DNA of 51,238 nucleotides from Bacteroidota bacterium (GTDB lineage Bacteria > Bacteroidota > Bacteroidia > Bacteroidales > FEN-979). Where the stretch lies: positions 1 through 51,238 of the forward strand of contig JAUZOW010000002.1 in assembly GCA_030706225.1 (NCBI GenBank). Reading direction: 5' to 3'. Shown here one piece after another: positions 1 to 9,151 of this stretch. The notes under the pieces were generated by a model, which ran no database searches, was not told the origin of the DNA, and saw only the letters and a program-made list of their open reading frames with translations. The position numbers and the translations under genes were made by a program. How positions within the stretch are numbered: the stretch's first letter is position 1; every line of letters begins with the position of its first letter.

Positions 1-1
1 T

Positions 2-556
2 GTTGTTAATGATGCGGATTTTCTGGGCCTGATTTGTGATACGGATATTTATAACATGGATTCTTTCGATGAATCCATCGAAAATTACCATATTTCTCTT
101 GATAGATCATATGTTATTGAAAATCAGCATGTATCAGATGTGATCCGTGCTTTTGGCTCCGGTAAGCTTACCCTGCTTCCTGTCCTGAATGAGAAAAAAC
201 AATACCTGGGCGTAATAACTCTGGCTCATCTGGTGCAGTCATTGGCTTCGGTTTTGCCTGTTTCCAATCCGGGTGGCGTTCTGGTTCTTGAAATCAATGA
301 AAAAGATTATGTACTGACTGAGATTGCTCAGATTGTTGAATCCAATGATGCCAAGATCCTTTTCATGTATATCCGTTCCTTCCCGGATTCCACTAAACTT
401 GAAGTAACATTAAAGATCAACCGGATCGATACAGCTGCCGTTATTCAAACATTCAACCGGTATAATTATATTATCAAAGCTTCTTTTTCGGAAGATACCT
501 ATTCGGAAACGATGAAGGATCGTTTCGATTCTTTGATGAAATACCTGAATGTCTGA
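2..556 (+). CDS. CBS-domain protein (5' end outside window)
   Basis: The frame of ORF 56..556 stays open back to nt 2 (VVNDADFLGLICDTDIYN-MDSF...), so the gene starts upstream of the window. 'KKQYLGVITLAHLV' is CBS-like. The stop overlaps the next ATG (ATGTCTGA, 549-556). Confidence 0.7.
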   Translation, partial: VVNDADFLGLICDTDIYNMDSFDESIENYHISLDRSYVIENQHVSDVIRAFGSGKLTLLPVLNEKKQYLGVITLAHLVQSLASVLPVSNPGGVLVLEINEKDYVLTEIAQIVESNDAKILFMYIRSFPDSTKLEVTLKINRIDTAAVIQTFNRYNYIIKASFSEDTYSETMKDRFDSLMKYLNV

Positions 557-1994
557 TCCTATGAGATCAATTTCGAACGCTTTACCGGCAGGAATCAGGA
601 TGCTTTTCTTATGGTTTCTGATCCTGCAGTGTAATTTATCCTTTGCCCGGACAGAAACGGCAGAAAAATCAAAATTGATAATAAATCATATCCGGATCGA
701 TGGGAATAAACAGACGCGTTCAAAGATCATTTTCAGGGAACTTCTTTTTCATGAACAAGATACTTTACCGTTGTCGGACCTGCCATTCCTTGTTCAGAAA
801 AGTCGTGAAAATATTTTCAATACCCATCTGTTCAATTTTGTAACGCTGGACACTCTTTCCATACCCGGTGTACCTGGCAGGATTGATGTGGCCATTCATG
901 TTATTGAACGATGGTATATTTGGCCATGGCCCTTCTTTGAAATTGCTGACCGGAACGTCAGTACCTGGCTAAGAACGATGAATATGAGCCGGTTGACATA
1001 TGGAATAGATCTGACGATTAATAATGTACGGGGATGCAATGAGACTTTGACTTTTCCATTCCATGCGGGCTTTAACCAGAAATACGGTTTTCATTATCTT
1101 ATCCCTTTTCTGGATCGGAAACAGACCCTGGGATTAAGCTTTGGCGCTGATCTTGAACGAAACCATGAAGTTATTGTCGGTAGTAAGGATAACAAAACCG
1201 TTTTTCTGAAACAAACCGATTGCTATTCCAGGCAAAATCTATATTCTTTTGCAGAATTGGTTTACCGGCCTACCATCTATTCCCGGCATTATTTCCGGGT
1301 ATTTTACCAATATTATTATTTTTCCGATTCCATTCTGACAGTTCCGGATTATGGAGTGAAAAACCGGAAGGAATTTGGCTTTACAGGGATCTATTACAAA
1401 TATAAAAACGACCACAGGGATGTACAGTTTTATCCTTTAAAGGGTTATTATTTTGATATTGAATTCTTAAAAAATGGTGTTTTTCATGAACCCGTGAATT
1501 ACTGTTATGTAAAATCATCCATCCGGAAGTACTGGCAGGTTTATCACCGGTGGTACTTTGCAACAGGCATCACAGGGAAAGTCACACTGACACCTGATCC
1601 TCCATATTTTTTACAACAAGGCCTGGGTTATGGCCGCGATTTTGTGAGAGGGTACGAATATTATGTTATCGACGGGAGGAATTACGTTGTATTCAAGAAT
1701 AATCTCAAGTTTGCCATAGTTCCTCCGGGTATTTTCATTATGGATTTTTTAAAAAGCAGGAAATTCAATACGGTCCCTTATGCCTTATATATGAATGTTT
1801 TCCTGGATCTCGGATATGAATATAATCAGAGTATGTTGGCAAACCAGAAAAATGACCTTCAAAACAGCATTTTGGCAGGATATGGAGTCGGGTTTGATTT
1901 TACAACCTATTACGATGTTGTGATAAGAGCTGACCTTTCAATGAATGGGAAGGGGCAACCCGGTGTATATCTTCATTTTATAGCTCCGATCTGA
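549..1994 (+). CDS. Omp85/BamA-family outer membrane protein (short paralog with a single POTRA-like module)
   Basis: Has a signal-like N-terminus (IRMLFLWFLILQCNLSFA). 'INHIRIDGNKQTRSKIIFREL' resembles a POTRA module. The C-terminal ~350 aa are aromatic-rich with alternating beta-strand character. Confidence 0.65.
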   Translation: MSDPMRSISNALPAGIRMLFLWFLILQCNLSFARTETAEKSKLIINHIRIDGNKQTRSKIIFRELLFHEQDTLPLSDLPFLVQKSRENIFNTHLFNFVTLDTLSIPGVPGRIDVAIHVIERWYIWPWPFFEIADRNVSTWLRTMNMSRLTYGIDLTINNVRGCNETLTFPFHAGFNQKYGFHYLIPFLDRKQTLGLSFGADLERNHEVIVGSKDNKTVFLKQTDCYSRQNLYSFAELVYRPTIYSRHYFRVFYQYYYFSDSILTVPDYGVKNRKEFGFTGIYYKYKNDHRDVQFYPLKGYYFDIEFLKNGVFHEPVNYCYVKSSIRKYWQVYHRWYFATGITGKVTLTPDPPYFLQQGLGYGRDFVRGYEYYVIDGRNYVVFKNNLKFAIVPPGIFIMDFLKSRKFNTVPYALYMNVFLDLGYEYNQSMLANQKNDLQNSILAGYGVGFDFTTYYDVVIRADLSMNGKGQPGVYLHFIAPI

Positions 1995-2067
1995 TATATT
2001 ATACTCTGAATTATGAAAAAATGGACTATCTTTACACCCAGACTCCATGACTTATATGATTCTTTAA

Positions 2068-2946
2068 ATGAAGATTGCATTATTTGGAAAGGTTATTAAT
2101 CCGGATGATCTTCCAATCCTTCAATCCATGATCGGGAAACTGGAAAGTGCCGGAGTTGAGATATTGCTGTTTGAGCCGTTCTATATTTCTTCAGCAAAAT
2201 CCCTGATATTCCGTTTTGTACCTTCATTTTTTTCCCGGAAGGAGGAACTGGTGGGGAAAGCCGATTATCTTTTTTCAATCGGCGGAGATGGGACCTTGCT
2301 GGATACCATTACATTAGTGGGGAACAGCGGGCTTCCGGTCATGGGAATAAATATGGGAAGGCTGGGGTTTTTATCAAGTATTTCAAAAGATCATGTGGAG
2401 TCTGCTATTGACGCTCTGCTGAGCGGAAATATTTTTCTTGATAGAAGAACCCTTTTAAGGCTTGAAACCGAAGAGAATCTTTTCGGAGAGTTCAATTATG
2501 CACTGAATGATATTACGATCTTTAAAAGCCCTTCGGTATCAATGCTGAATATCAAGGCATATATTAACGGGGAGTTTCTAAATACTTACTGGGCAGATGG
2601 ACTTATTGTCGCTACCCCTACGGGCTCTACTGCATACTCGCTGAGTTGTACGGGGCCTATTCTGACTCTTGATGCCGAAGCCTTTGTGATCACTCCCATT
2701 GCAAGCCATAACCTGACGGTCAGACCTATTGTCATTCCTGACGACAGTGAAATCCGGATTGAAGTCATTGGTCGTGAGCTGGAAGGATATGTCGGGTTGG
2801 ATTCACGGAGTGAAAGACTTGATCATTTTGTCAAACTGATCATCCGGAAAGAAGATTTTAAATTTAATATTGTCCGGATGAAACATACTGTATTCTTTAA
2901 AACAATTCGTGAAAAGCTGAACTGGGGACTTGATATCCGGAATTGA
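2068..2946 (+). CDS. nadK: NAD(+) kinase
   Basis: Carries the 'GGDGTLL' motif plus 'NDITI' and 'ATPTGSTAYSLS'. Length of 292 aa is typical. Confidence 0.93.
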   Translation: MKIALFGKVINPDDLPILQSMIGKLESAGVEILLFEPFYISSAKSLIFRFVPSFFSRKEELVGKADYLFSIGGDGTLLDTITLVGNSGLPVMGINMGRLGFLSSISKDHVESAIDALLSGNIFLDRRTLLRLETEENLFGEFNYALNDITIFKSPSVSMLNIKAYINGEFLNTYWADGLIVATPTGSTAYSLSCTGPILTLDAEAFVITPIASHNLTVRPIVIPDDSEIRIEVIGRELEGYVGLDSRSERLDHFVKLIIRKEDFKFNIVRMKHTVFFKTIREKLNWGLDIRN

Positions 2947-3027
2947 CTTCATTCTTTGCCGATCGTTCCAATAAAAGAAAGAAAAATACGTTAAAATAAA
3001 TCATAATATCACACTGCCTGTTAGAAA

Positions 3028-3882
3028 ATGAAATTATTGACTCAGAATCAATCCATTAACAAGTTTTTCATTACCGGAGCCAGGTGGATTATCATTACTC
3101 TTGCAGGAGCAGGATTATTGTTATTCCCTTTGAAAATAAAAGCTCAGGATATGGAAGTGGGCATTTATGGCGGTGTTTCTTATTATCTCGGAGATCTGAA
3201 TCCTGGCAAGCATTTTGCAAATCTCCAGCCGGCTTACGGAGCGACATTGCGCTATACGCTGGATCCACGCTGGGCTTTAAAGTTTGGTGTTTATGAAGGT
3301 AAAGTGATTGGGAATTCGACCCAGACAAATTTTCTTCCCGGCAGAGATTTGAAATTTTCAAGCCAGGTTACGGATATTTCTGCGGAAACGGAATTCAATT
3401 TCTTCCCTTATATGACAGGGAGTTGGCGTAATTTTATCAGTCCTTACATTTATGCCGGATTTGGAGTTTTTTTCTTCAATCCGATGTCGGGATCTCAACA
3501 ACTGCGGCCATTGGGTACAGAAGGACAAAATGACAGGTACCTGGGACGAAAACCTTATAATACCTATAATTTTTCAATACCTTTCGGACTTGGGGTTAAA
3601 TTGAGCGTTTCCCGTCGTATCGGGATGACTCTTTTCTGGGAAATGCATAAAACATTTACCGATTATCTGGATGATGTGAGCACTACTTACTACCTGGAGG
3701 GCTCTCAGATTAATCCGGATGATACAGGTGCAGTATTATCAGATCCTACCCGAAACCATGAACCGGGAATGCAAAGGGGTAATTCCCGAAATAATGACTG
3801 GTACTCTTTTTCCGGGATCACATTTTCTTATCGTTTTGATATCCATGGCAGCAAGAGATGCCGGGATATGAAATACAAATAA
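3028..3882 (+). CDS. Outer-membrane beta-barrel protein (DUF6089-like)
   Basis: Has an N-terminal signal/TM segment and alternating aromatic beta-strands (YGGVSYYLGDLN, YIYAGFGVFFFNP, ITFSYRF). It sits immediately upstream of uppS, as I recall for Bacteroidota. The family name is from memory. Confidence 0.6.
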   Translation: MKLLTQNQSINKFFITGARWIIITLAGAGLLLFPLKIKAQDMEVGIYGGVSYYLGDLNPGKHFANLQPAYGATLRYTLDPRWALKFGVYEGKVIGNSTQTNFLPGRDLKFSSQVTDISAETEFNFFPYMTGSWRNFISPYIYAGFGVFFFNPMSGSQQLRPLGTEGQNDRYLGRKPYNTYNFSIPFGLGVKLSVSRRIGMTLFWEMHKTFTDYLDDVSTTYYLEGSQINPDDTGAVLSDPTRNHEPGMQRGNSRNNDWYSFSGITFSYRFDIHGSKRCRDMKYK

Positions 3883-3898
3883 TGGATGGGCAAATAAT

Positions 3899-4666
3899 AT
3901 GAATACAATGAGTCTCCGGAATAAGATCAATAATAAAAAAATGCCAGTTCATGTTGCCATTATCATGGATGGAAACGGGCGATGGGCAAAAAAGAAAGGA
4001 TTTGCACGCGTAAAAGGGCATGAAAAGGGGGTGGATGCTGTCAGGGAAACTGTTGAAGCCGCTGCAGAGCTGGGGATTCGTTACCTTACCCTGTATGCAT
4101 TTTCAACGGAAAACTGGAAAAGACCAAAATATGAGATTGAGGCCCTTATGAATTTACTGGTGGAATCTGTTAACAAGGAACGGAAAACCTTTATGGAAAA
4201 TAATATCCGTCTGTTAGGCCTGGGTGACCTGAAATCTCTTCCGGAAAAAAGCTACAACGGATTGAACAGCGCTATTCAGGAAACATCCGGGAATACTGGT
4301 CTCCAACTTGTTCTGGCGTTAAGTTACAGCTCTCGCTGGGAAATTGTGGAAACAGCACGGAGGCTTGCTGAAAAAGTCCGTTCCGGTGAAATGGAATCCA
4401 TGCAGATTACAGAAAAAACTTTCAGGGATACCCTTCCCAGTGCCTCTATTCCGGATCCTGATCTGCTTATCCGGACAAGTGGTGAATATCGGATAAGCAA
4501 TTTTTTACTCTGGCAACTTGCTTATACTGAACTCTATTTTACACCTGTTTTATGGCCTGAATTTAACCGGGAAGATTTATATAAAGCCATCCTGGATTTT
4601 CAGGGAAGAGAACGAAGGTTTGGAATGACCAGCGAACAAATTCAACAACAAAAATCAGCTTCATGA
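3899..4666 (+). CDS. uppS: Isoprenyl transferase / undecaprenyl-diphosphate synthase
   Basis: Motifs: 'VAIIMDGNGRWA', 'FSTENWKRP', 'IRTSGEYRISNFLLWQLAYTELYF', 'RERRFG'. Confidence 0.95.
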   Translation: MNTMSLRNKINNKKMPVHVAIIMDGNGRWAKKKGFARVKGHEKGVDAVRETVEAAAELGIRYLTLYAFSTENWKRPKYEIEALMNLLVESVNKERKTFMENNIRLLGLGDLKSLPEKSYNGLNSAIQETSGNTGLQLVLALSYSSRWEIVETARRLAEKVRSGEMESMQITEKTFRDTLPSASIPDPDLLIRTSGEYRISNFLLWQLAYTELYFTPVLWPEFNREDLYKAILDFQGRERRFGMTSEQIQQQKSAS

Positions 4667-7299
4667 ACTCTTTCGTGATGAAATTGAAATACATCATTCT
4701 TCTGTTCCTTTTATTTTCCTGTGCGATTCCATTGAATGCCCAGGAACAGTCTCATCGTGAGATCAATGTGGATTACAATAATCCAAAAGATTATATAATT
4801 GGCGGTATTACTGTGTCGGGAACAAAGTACCTGGATAATAACGTCCTGATCATGCTTTCAGGCTTATCCATTGGCGATAAAGTAAAAATCCCAAGCGACA
4901 AATTCACTACCGCTATCCGGAAATTATGGGAACAGGGTTTATTTGAGGATATTCAGGTTTCTGTCACAAATATTGTTGACAATCAGATATTTTTAAATAT
5001 TTATTTCAAGGAACGCCCTCGCCTTTCTTATTTTTCCTTTTCCGGAGTTAAAAAATCGGAAGCTGATGATCTTCGTGAAAAGATTCATATTGTCAGGGGA
5101 GATTATGTAACCGAAAACCTGATCATCAAAACCCGGGATATTGTCAGAAAATACTATACAGATAAGGGATTTCTTGATGCCCAGGTGAATATCCTTCAAA
5201 AAGGTGATACCGCCGGCAGCAACAATATCGGACTGATGATTGCCGTGAATAAAGGCCAAAGGGTCAGGATCTACAACATTACAATTCATGGGAATAAAAA
5301 TCTTACGACGGAACAGCTTAAAGCTTCCATGAAAAAGACAAAGGAAAAATCGGTTTTTAATCCGATGGAGAATATTGATGATATTATCTATCAGGCTACT
5401 TCTGCAGCTCTTCATATCGACTTCCTTGAAATTGTGAATATCATTCAGAAAAATACTGTAAATAATGTACGTTTCCGGGTCTTTAAATCTTCGAAATTCA
5501 TCCAGGAAGATTATGAAGAAGATAAAATGAATCTTCTGAAGAAATATAATTCCATGGGATACCGGGATGCAAGGATCCTCAGGGATTCTGTTTCGAAGAA
5601 TAATGATAAATCGATCAATTTGGATATCTGGGTGGAAGAAGGACATAAATACTTTTTCCGCAATATTACCTGGGTTGGGAATACCAAATATACAGACATG
5701 ATGCTGAACCGGATCCTGAAAATTAAAAAAGGGGATGTGTATGATGAAGATGCATTGAACACAGCCCTGACTTACAATCCAAACAGCACCGATATCCGTT
5801 CTCTTTATATGGATGACGGGTATCTTTTCTTTGATGTAAATCCTGTGGAAATCAACATTGAGAATGATTCCATCGATCTTGAAATCAGGATGCATGAAGG
5901 CCCGCAAGCTACTGTGAATAAAGTTGTGATCAAGGGTAATACTAAAACCAACGATTATGTGGCTATCAGGGAACTTGTGACCCGTCCCGGACAGCTTTTC
6001 AGCCGTGAAAAACTTATCCGTTCACAACAAAAGCTGGCCCAGCTGAAATATTTTGATGCAGAAAAGATAACTCCGAATGTAACACCTAATCCTGCTGATG
6101 GAACCGTCGATCTCGAATATAATGTGGAAGAAACCTCTTCCGACCAGGTTGAACTTTCCGGCGGCTGGGGATATGGAAGAATCATTGGAACCCTGGGAGT
6201 CTCTTTCAATAATTTCTCTTTGCGTAACCTGCTGAACAAGCATGCATGGAAGCCCATTCCGGCAGGCGAAGGCCAGAAGCTAAGTCTTCGTTTTCAAACT
6301 TATGGGTCAGGATATCTCAGTTACAGCGCTTCATTTACCGAACCCTGGCTTGGCGGCCGGAAACCTATCGCATTAAGCCTTTCCTATTTCCATTCATTAT
6401 ACTCCAATAGCTATAGCCGTTCGGATACAAATTATGCTTACCTGAAGATCGACGGGATATCGATTGGACTTGGAAATAATCTGAAATGGCCGGATGATTT
6501 CTTTGTTCTTTACCAGACCATCAATTTCCAGCGTTATAAGACACATAAATATACCGAAATCCTTTCTGCAACAAGCGGAGTTTACAACAGTATTTCTTAT
6601 GCCGTTAATCTCTCAAGATCTTCCATTGATGCTCCTATTTACCCGAAGAATGGCTCCGAAGTTTCACTAACCCTTACGATGACCCCACCGTATTCTCTAT
6701 TCCGCGGAGATCTTGACTATGCATCCATGAGTAATAACGAACGTTATAAATGGGTTGAATTCTATAAATGGAAATTCAAGGGTGCATGGTATATTTCTCT
6801 TGTGGATAAACTGGTACTTACACCACGGGTACAGTTCGGTGTTCTTGGCGCCTATAACAATCAGTTAGGAATTACACCTTTTGAAAGATTTTACTTAGGA
6901 GGAGATGGTTTGACCGGATATAATAATATGGATGGTCGTGAGCTGATCGGAATGCGTGGGTATCAGAATAATACACTGACACCTGATTATTCATCCTCTA
7001 CAACAACCGGAGGAACCGTTTATTCCAAATATACTTTCGAACTTCGTTACCCGATTTCCCTGAATCCCAGCGCGACAATCTATGGACTTACATTCCTGGA
7101 AGCAGGGAACGATTGGCTGAAATGGCAGAATGTCAACCCCTTCGATGTATACCGTTCGGTTGGGTTTGGAATCCGGGTTTTTCTACCTATGTTTGGGTTA
7201 TTAGGCCTCGATTGGGGATATGGTCTGGATGCAGTACCTAATATTTCTGACGCTAATGGTAGCCAGTTCCACTTCTCAATTAATTCATCCATCGATTAA
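4663..7299 (+). CDS. bamA: Outer membrane protein assembly factor BamA
   Basis: 878 aa with a signal peptide. Has repeated POTRA-like modules (IIGGITVSGTKYL..., RIYNITIHGNKNL..., FFRNITWVGNTKY..., TVNKVVIKGNTKT...) and a C-terminal Omp85 barrel. ATGA overlap with uppS; followed by two skp genes. Confidence 0.92.
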   Translation: MNSFVMKLKYIILLFLLFSCAIPLNAQEQSHREINVDYNNPKDYIIGGITVSGTKYLDNNVLIMLSGLSIGDKVKIPSDKFTTAIRKLWEQGLFEDIQVSVTNIVDNQIFLNIYFKERPRLSYFSFSGVKKSEADDLREKIHIVRGDYVTENLIIKTRDIVRKYYTDKGFLDAQVNILQKGDTAGSNNIGLMIAVNKGQRVRIYNITIHGNKNLTTEQLKASMKKTKEKSVFNPMENIDDIIYQATSAALHIDFLEIVNIIQKNTVNNVRFRVFKSSKFIQEDYEEDKMNLLKKYNSMGYRDARILRDSVSKNNDKSINLDIWVEEGHKYFFRNITWVGNTKYTDMMLNRILKIKKGDVYDEDALNTALTYNPNSTDIRSLYMDDGYLFFDVNPVEINIENDSIDLEIRMHEGPQATVNKVVIKGNTKTNDYVAIRELVTRPGQLFSREKLIRSQQKLAQLKYFDAEKITPNVTPNPADGTVDLEYNVEETSSDQVELSGGWGYGRIIGTLGVSFNNFSLRNLLNKHAWKPIPAGEGQKLSLRFQTYGSGYLSYSASFTEPWLGGRKPIALSLSYFHSLYSNSYSRSDTNYAYLKIDGISIGLGNNLKWPDDFFVLYQTINFQRYKTHKYTEILSATSGVYNSISYAVNLSRSSIDAPIYPKNGSEVSLTLTMTPPYSLFRGDLDYASMSNNERYKWVEFYKWKFKGAWYISLVDKLVLTPRVQFGVLGAYNNQLGITPFERFYLGGDGLTGYNNMDGRELIGMRGYQNNTLTPDYSSSTTTGGTVYSKYTFELRYPISLNPSATIYGLTFLEAGNDWLKWQNVNPFDVYRSVGFGIRVFLPMFGLLGLDWGYGLDAVPNISDANGSQFHFSINSSID

Positions 7300-7304
7300 T
7301 GACA

Positions 7305-7312
7305 TAAATTTG
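7305..7312 (+). promoter_or_regulatory. Candidate Bacteroidota -7 promoter box (TAAATTTG)
   Basis: Exact match to TAnnTTTG, 49 nt upstream of the skp ATG at 7361. Confidence 0.4.
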
Positions 7313-7360
7313 AAAGGAAATAATTTATAACAAAGAAAAAATATCAGGGAGGAATAAATA

Positions 7361-7954
7361 ATGAAGAAAAAACTTTTTCTGTTTGCAACTGTCCTTATGT
7401 TTTGCGCCTTTACCGCTGGTGCACAGAAATTTGCTTATGTGGATACACAGTATATTCTGGATAATTTACCTGAATATACAGAAGCTCAGGGACAACTTGA
7501 TGATCTTTCAGCTCAATGGCAGAAAGAAATTGAAGTCAAATTTGCCGAAGTTGATAAAATGTACCAGGATTATCAGGCTCAGTCGGTTCTTTTACCTGAC
7601 GATATGAAAAAGAAAAAAGAACAGGAAATCGTTGATAAGGAAAAGGAAGCGAAGAACCTGCAAAAGCAGAGATTCGGCAAAGATGGTGACCTCTTTAAAA
7701 AACGCCAGGAACTGATAAAACCTATCCAGGAAAAAATTTACAATGCCATCCAGGATATTGCTGTAAATAACAATTACTATATGGTTTTTGATAAAGCAGG
7801 CGCTGTTACTATAATGTATGCGAATCCAAAGTACGATATCAGTGATGAAGTTCTGGATAACCTCGGTGCTACGATGACCAACCGGAAAAAAGCTCCATCC
7901 GGACAGGAAAAATCCACAGATACAGGTACTAAGGATTCCGGTCAAAAAAAATAG
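7361..7954 (+). CDS. OmpH/Skp family periplasmic chaperone
   Basis: Has a signal peptide, 'FAYVDTQYILDNLPEY' and a K/E/Q-rich coiled-coil core. Located after bamA. Confidence 0.88.
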   Translation: MKKKLFLFATVLMFCAFTAGAQKFAYVDTQYILDNLPEYTEAQGQLDDLSAQWQKEIEVKFAEVDKMYQDYQAQSVLLPDDMKKKKEQEIVDKEKEAKNLQKQRFGKDGDLFKKRQELIKPIQEKIYNAIQDIAVNNNYYMVFDKAGAVTIMYANPKYDISDEVLDNLGATMTNRKKAPSGQEKSTDTGTKDSGQKK

Positions 7955-7990
7955 TTTAACGCTGTCAATGCGTGGATTTTAAAAATATCC

Positions 7991-7998
7991 TATTTTTG
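7991..7998 (+). promoter_or_regulatory. Candidate -7 promoter box (TATTTTTG)
   Basis: Exact match to TAnnTTTG, 50 nt upstream of the ATG at 8048. Confidence 0.4.
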
Positions 7999-8047
7999 CA
8001 ATTTAAAGACATCTTTTTTATAAGTATTCATCAATTTAGACCATATC

Positions 8048-8563
8048 ATGAAAAAAACAGTTAAGATCCTTGCTTTAATCGGGTTATTTGTTGCTTTTTC
8101 TTTTACCGCACCTGCTCAGACTCCAAAGATTGGTTATGTAGATTTCAATACCCTTTTACAGGCTATGCCGGGAATTGATTCTGTGAAAATCAAATTACAG
8201 AAATATTCACAAACTCTTTCTGATCAATTGGATGCCATGCGTGCTGAAATGGAAAATAAAATGCTGGATTATCAAAATAACTCTGCTACCATGTCGGATC
8301 TGATCAAACAGACGAAAGAAAAAGAATTACAGGATCTTCAGTCACGTACGGAAGCTTTCCAACAAAAAGCACAGTCGGATCTTCAGGCAAAACAAACAGA
8401 ACTACTTCAACCTCTTGTCGAAAAAGCTAAGACAGCCATCAAAGATGTTGCAAAAGAGAATAAATATACACTTGTCCTGAATTCAATTGAAGATATTGTG
8501 ATTTATTCTGAACCGACGGATGATCTTATGCCCCTGGTTAAGAAAAAACTTGGACTTCAGTAA
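8048..8563 (+). CDS. OmpH/Skp family periplasmic chaperone (second copy)
   Basis: Has a signal peptide, 'IGYVDFNTLLQAMPG' and a Q/K/E-rich helical core. Paralogous to 7361..7954. Confidence 0.88.
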   Translation: MKKTVKILALIGLFVAFSFTAPAQTPKIGYVDFNTLLQAMPGIDSVKIKLQKYSQTLSDQLDAMRAEMENKMLDYQNNSATMSDLIKQTKEKELQDLQSRTEAFQQKAQSDLQAKQTELLQPLVEKAKTAIKDVAKENKYTLVLNSIEDIVIYSEPTDDLMPLVKKKLGLQ

Positions 8564-8579
8564 TAATAGATAACACTAT

Positions 8580-8615
8580 AAAAAAAACGTCCCGGATTCC
8601 CGGGACGTTTTTTTT
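8580..8615. terminator. Bidirectional rho-independent terminator
   Basis: Perfect 9-bp GC-rich stem ACGTCCCGG (8587-8595) / CCGGGACGT (8600-8608) with a 4-nt loop. Flanked by an A-run (8580-8587) and a T-run (8608-8615). Lies between the convergent skp and gamma-CA genes. Confidence 0.85.
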
Positions 8616-8626
8616 ATCATTAATAT

Positions 8627-9148
8627 TTATAACTCTTTATCATACCAACCGGCATACATGGTATAGTTTCTGGAAATCCTGTTCACCTGTCCTTCCAGAA
8701 GATTACGATCGATATCCTTGATTTTCCGGGCCGGAACCCCTGCCCAAACGGAGCCGGATTCCACTACGGTTCCTTCCGTAATCAAAGCACCTGCCGCGAC
8801 GATTGAGTTGCTGTTGATCACAGCGCCATCCATGATGATGGCTCCCATTCCGATGAGGACATTATCGTGGATGGTACATCCATGAACAACAGCGTTATGG
8901 GCAATAGAGACGTTGTTACCAATGTTCACGGGAGCTTTCTGGTAAGTGCAATGGATGATGGCTCCATCCTGGATGTTTACATTATTGCCGATTCTGATTG
9001 AATGAACATCTCCCCGGATAACCGAATTAAACCAGACACTGCAATCATCCCCCATCTTTACATCTCCTGTGAGTGTTGCATTATCGGCAAGAAAGCAGTT
9101 TTTACCCCAGACCGGACGTACCCCTTTTACGGATCGTATAATGGCCAT
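8627..9148 (-). CDS. Gamma carbonic anhydrase-family / hexapeptide-repeat protein
   Basis: Left-handed beta-helix repeats ('VWFNSVIRGDVHSIRIGNNVNIQDGAIIH', 'IGNNVSIAHNAVVHG'). Length of 173 aa is typical of the YrdA/PaaY family. Confidence 0.85.
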   Translation of the reverse strand: MAIIRSVKGVRPVWGKNCFLADNATLTGDVKMGDDCSVWFNSVIRGDVHSIRIGNNVNIQDGAIIHCTYQKAPVNIGNNVSIAHNAVVHGCTIHDNVLIGMGAIIMDGAVINSNSIVAAGALITEGTVVESGSVWAGVPARKIKDIDRNLLEGQVNRISRNYTMYAGWYDKEL

Positions 9149-9151
9149 ATG

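Noticed and set aside
4993-5907. 304-aa ORF antisense to bamA. Similar long antisense ORFs occur at 13439-14362 in dsbD, 43443-43910 in lpxD2, 36346-36825 in purD, 37164-37676 in GT4, 25918-26382, 27780-28205 and 29300-29752.
   Set aside because: Each lies entirely inside a well-supported gene on the other strand. Their translations are low-complexity with no motifs. They are typical shadow ORFs.
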